Below are positions 42,750 to 43,564 of a DNA stretch of 43,564 nt, piece by piece. Numbering within the stretch: position 1 is the first letter of the stretch; the number at the start of each line of letters is the position of its first letter. A program made the translations under genes and the position numbers. Under the pieces are notes generated by a model. The model was given only the letters and a program-made list of their open reading frames with translations. It was not told the DNA's origin and searched no databases. Origin of the DNA: a virus (Duplodnaviria > Caudoviricetes); IMG/VR virus record IMGVR_UViG_3300043574_000003, positions 1-43,564 of that record; one strand, 5' to 3'.

Positions 42750-42986
42750 CTATTTCAAAAGTTTATCCACAGCACGACGATGCAAAAGCGCCGACAGGAC
42801 CAGCGTGGCCTCTACGCTGGACGGCGTGCTTAGGCAGAATTGATTATCTTGCGTCCAGACCAGCGCCGCCGACGTGATGCGCCCAGCATCGGCATCATCA
42901 GCAAGCTGGCGAAGAATTCCTGGGAAATCATGGGCTAAATCGAGTTCTCGCTTGTTGAAGTTGCCCTCTACGATTTTAAGGCTCAT
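42750..42986 (-). CDS. hypothetical protein
   Basis: 78-aa ORF, GGGAG RBS, ATGA overlap with the upstream mini-gene. Confidence 0.65.
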   Translation of the reverse strand: MSLKIVEGNFNKRELDLAHDFPGILRQLADDADAGRITSAALVWTQDNQFCLSTPSSVEATLVLSALLHRRAVDKLLK

Positions 42987-43051
42987 CGCTGCCGCTCCCG
43001 CAGTCCAAAACCAAGCTCGCGCCGCGCGCGCTCATGTTCCTCGGTAGTCAT
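42983..43051 (-). CDS. 22-aa peptide
   Basis: MTTEEHERARRELGFGLRERQR; ATGA overlaps on both sides. Confidence 0.45.
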   Translation of the reverse strand: MTTEEHERARRELGFGLRERQR

Positions 43052-43308
43052 TTGGCACGCTCCGCAATCATGGCGTCCGCGTATGCATACGCAAGACGCG
43101 CATGTGCTTGGGGGCCAGTTTCGTTCGAATGCTTGGCCGCTCCGACCACATGTGCAGCCAGCCCTTGCAAAGCCTTGGCCGCGAAGTAGTCGCGCAACGT
43201 CATACCACCGTGCGCCTCGGTGTCGATACGCTCCTGTCCATCGCTGTCTATCCCGGTCACGGTCGCTTCCAGGCATGGAAATGCTGGTCCTCCTGTTTCT
43301 TTGCTCAT
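43048..43308 (-). CDS. conserved phage hypothetical protein
   Basis: TGGPAFP...GMTLRDYFAAKALQG...AY..ADAM..ER pattern common in proteobacterial phages. Confidence 0.82.
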   Translation of the reverse strand: MSKETGGPAFPCLEATVTGIDSDGQERIDTEAHGGMTLRDYFAAKALQGLAAHVVGAAKHSNETGPQAHARLAYAYADAMIAERAK

Positions 43309-43309
43309 T

Positions 43310-43519
43310 TCATGCCCCTTGAAAATATTTACCGCTGATGGTGTCAACCTCTTCCAGCGACTTGTCGGACAGGTTGCGTGTGTCGTAAAGTTGTCCGGAT
43401 AGGGCCGCGTAACGGCGCACGGCTTCGGCGTCAGCCGGTGTCAGGTCGTGCACGATGCGGGCCAGTTCCTTGAGCTGCTGGCCGCGCAAATCGTACAGCA
43501 AGCGGTTGTCGGTGGTCAC
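43310..43519 (-). CDS. hypothetical protein
   Basis: 69-aa ORF with GTG start, packed against the next gene. Confidence 0.55.
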   Translation of the reverse strand: MTTDNRLLYDLRGQQLKELARIVHDLTPADAEAVRRYAALSGQLYDTRNLSDKSLEEVDTISGKYFQGA

Positions 43520-43564
43520 AGCAGCCCCCGCAGGTTGTCGCTGGTACCGCGCTTCAGGTCCACG

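Noticed and set aside
43500-43564. Exact circular join of base 43564 to base 1
   Set aside because: No terminal repeat is visible. A direct join gives an open frame, but another frame (VDLKRGTSDNLRGLL) looks equally or more plausible, so circularity cannot be asserted.

Overview
The window reads as a near-complete, probably circularly permuted ~43.5 kb genome of a GC-rich podovirus. Its morphogenesis module has the BPP-1/epsilon15-type gene order: terminase, portal, capsid, T7-like tail tubular and ejection proteins, tail fibre, lysis. Its early module is lambdoid-like: replication initiator + DnaB, RusA, NinB, Rad52/Sak-like annealase + YqaJ exonuclease. Transcription diverges from a promoter pair at ~6.14-6.22 kb and converges at ~12.1-14.4 kb. 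No integrase and no CI-type repressor are visible. The convergence point is instead occupied by a 2240-bp ISL3-family element with no target duplication. That element carries a transposase with an unusual C-terminal HNH-like domain and a C5 DNA methyltransferase split over two overprinted reading frames. Other notable signals are non-coding: (i) two promoter-proximal leader RNAs of unrelated sequence but the same predicted switch architecture, one before the replication genes and one before the recombination genes; (ii) a 97-nt tRNA-like RNA whose anticodon loop is replaced by an extended hairpin; (iii) a thrice-repeated GGTGCGCATAC-N16-(-10) putative late promoter. Also present are a 1138-aa head-module protein with two apparently intact serine-hydrolase domains and a small peptide + membrane protein pair in front of the lysis genes. 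All family assignments come from motif recognition and gene order by eye; no database search or folding program was run.
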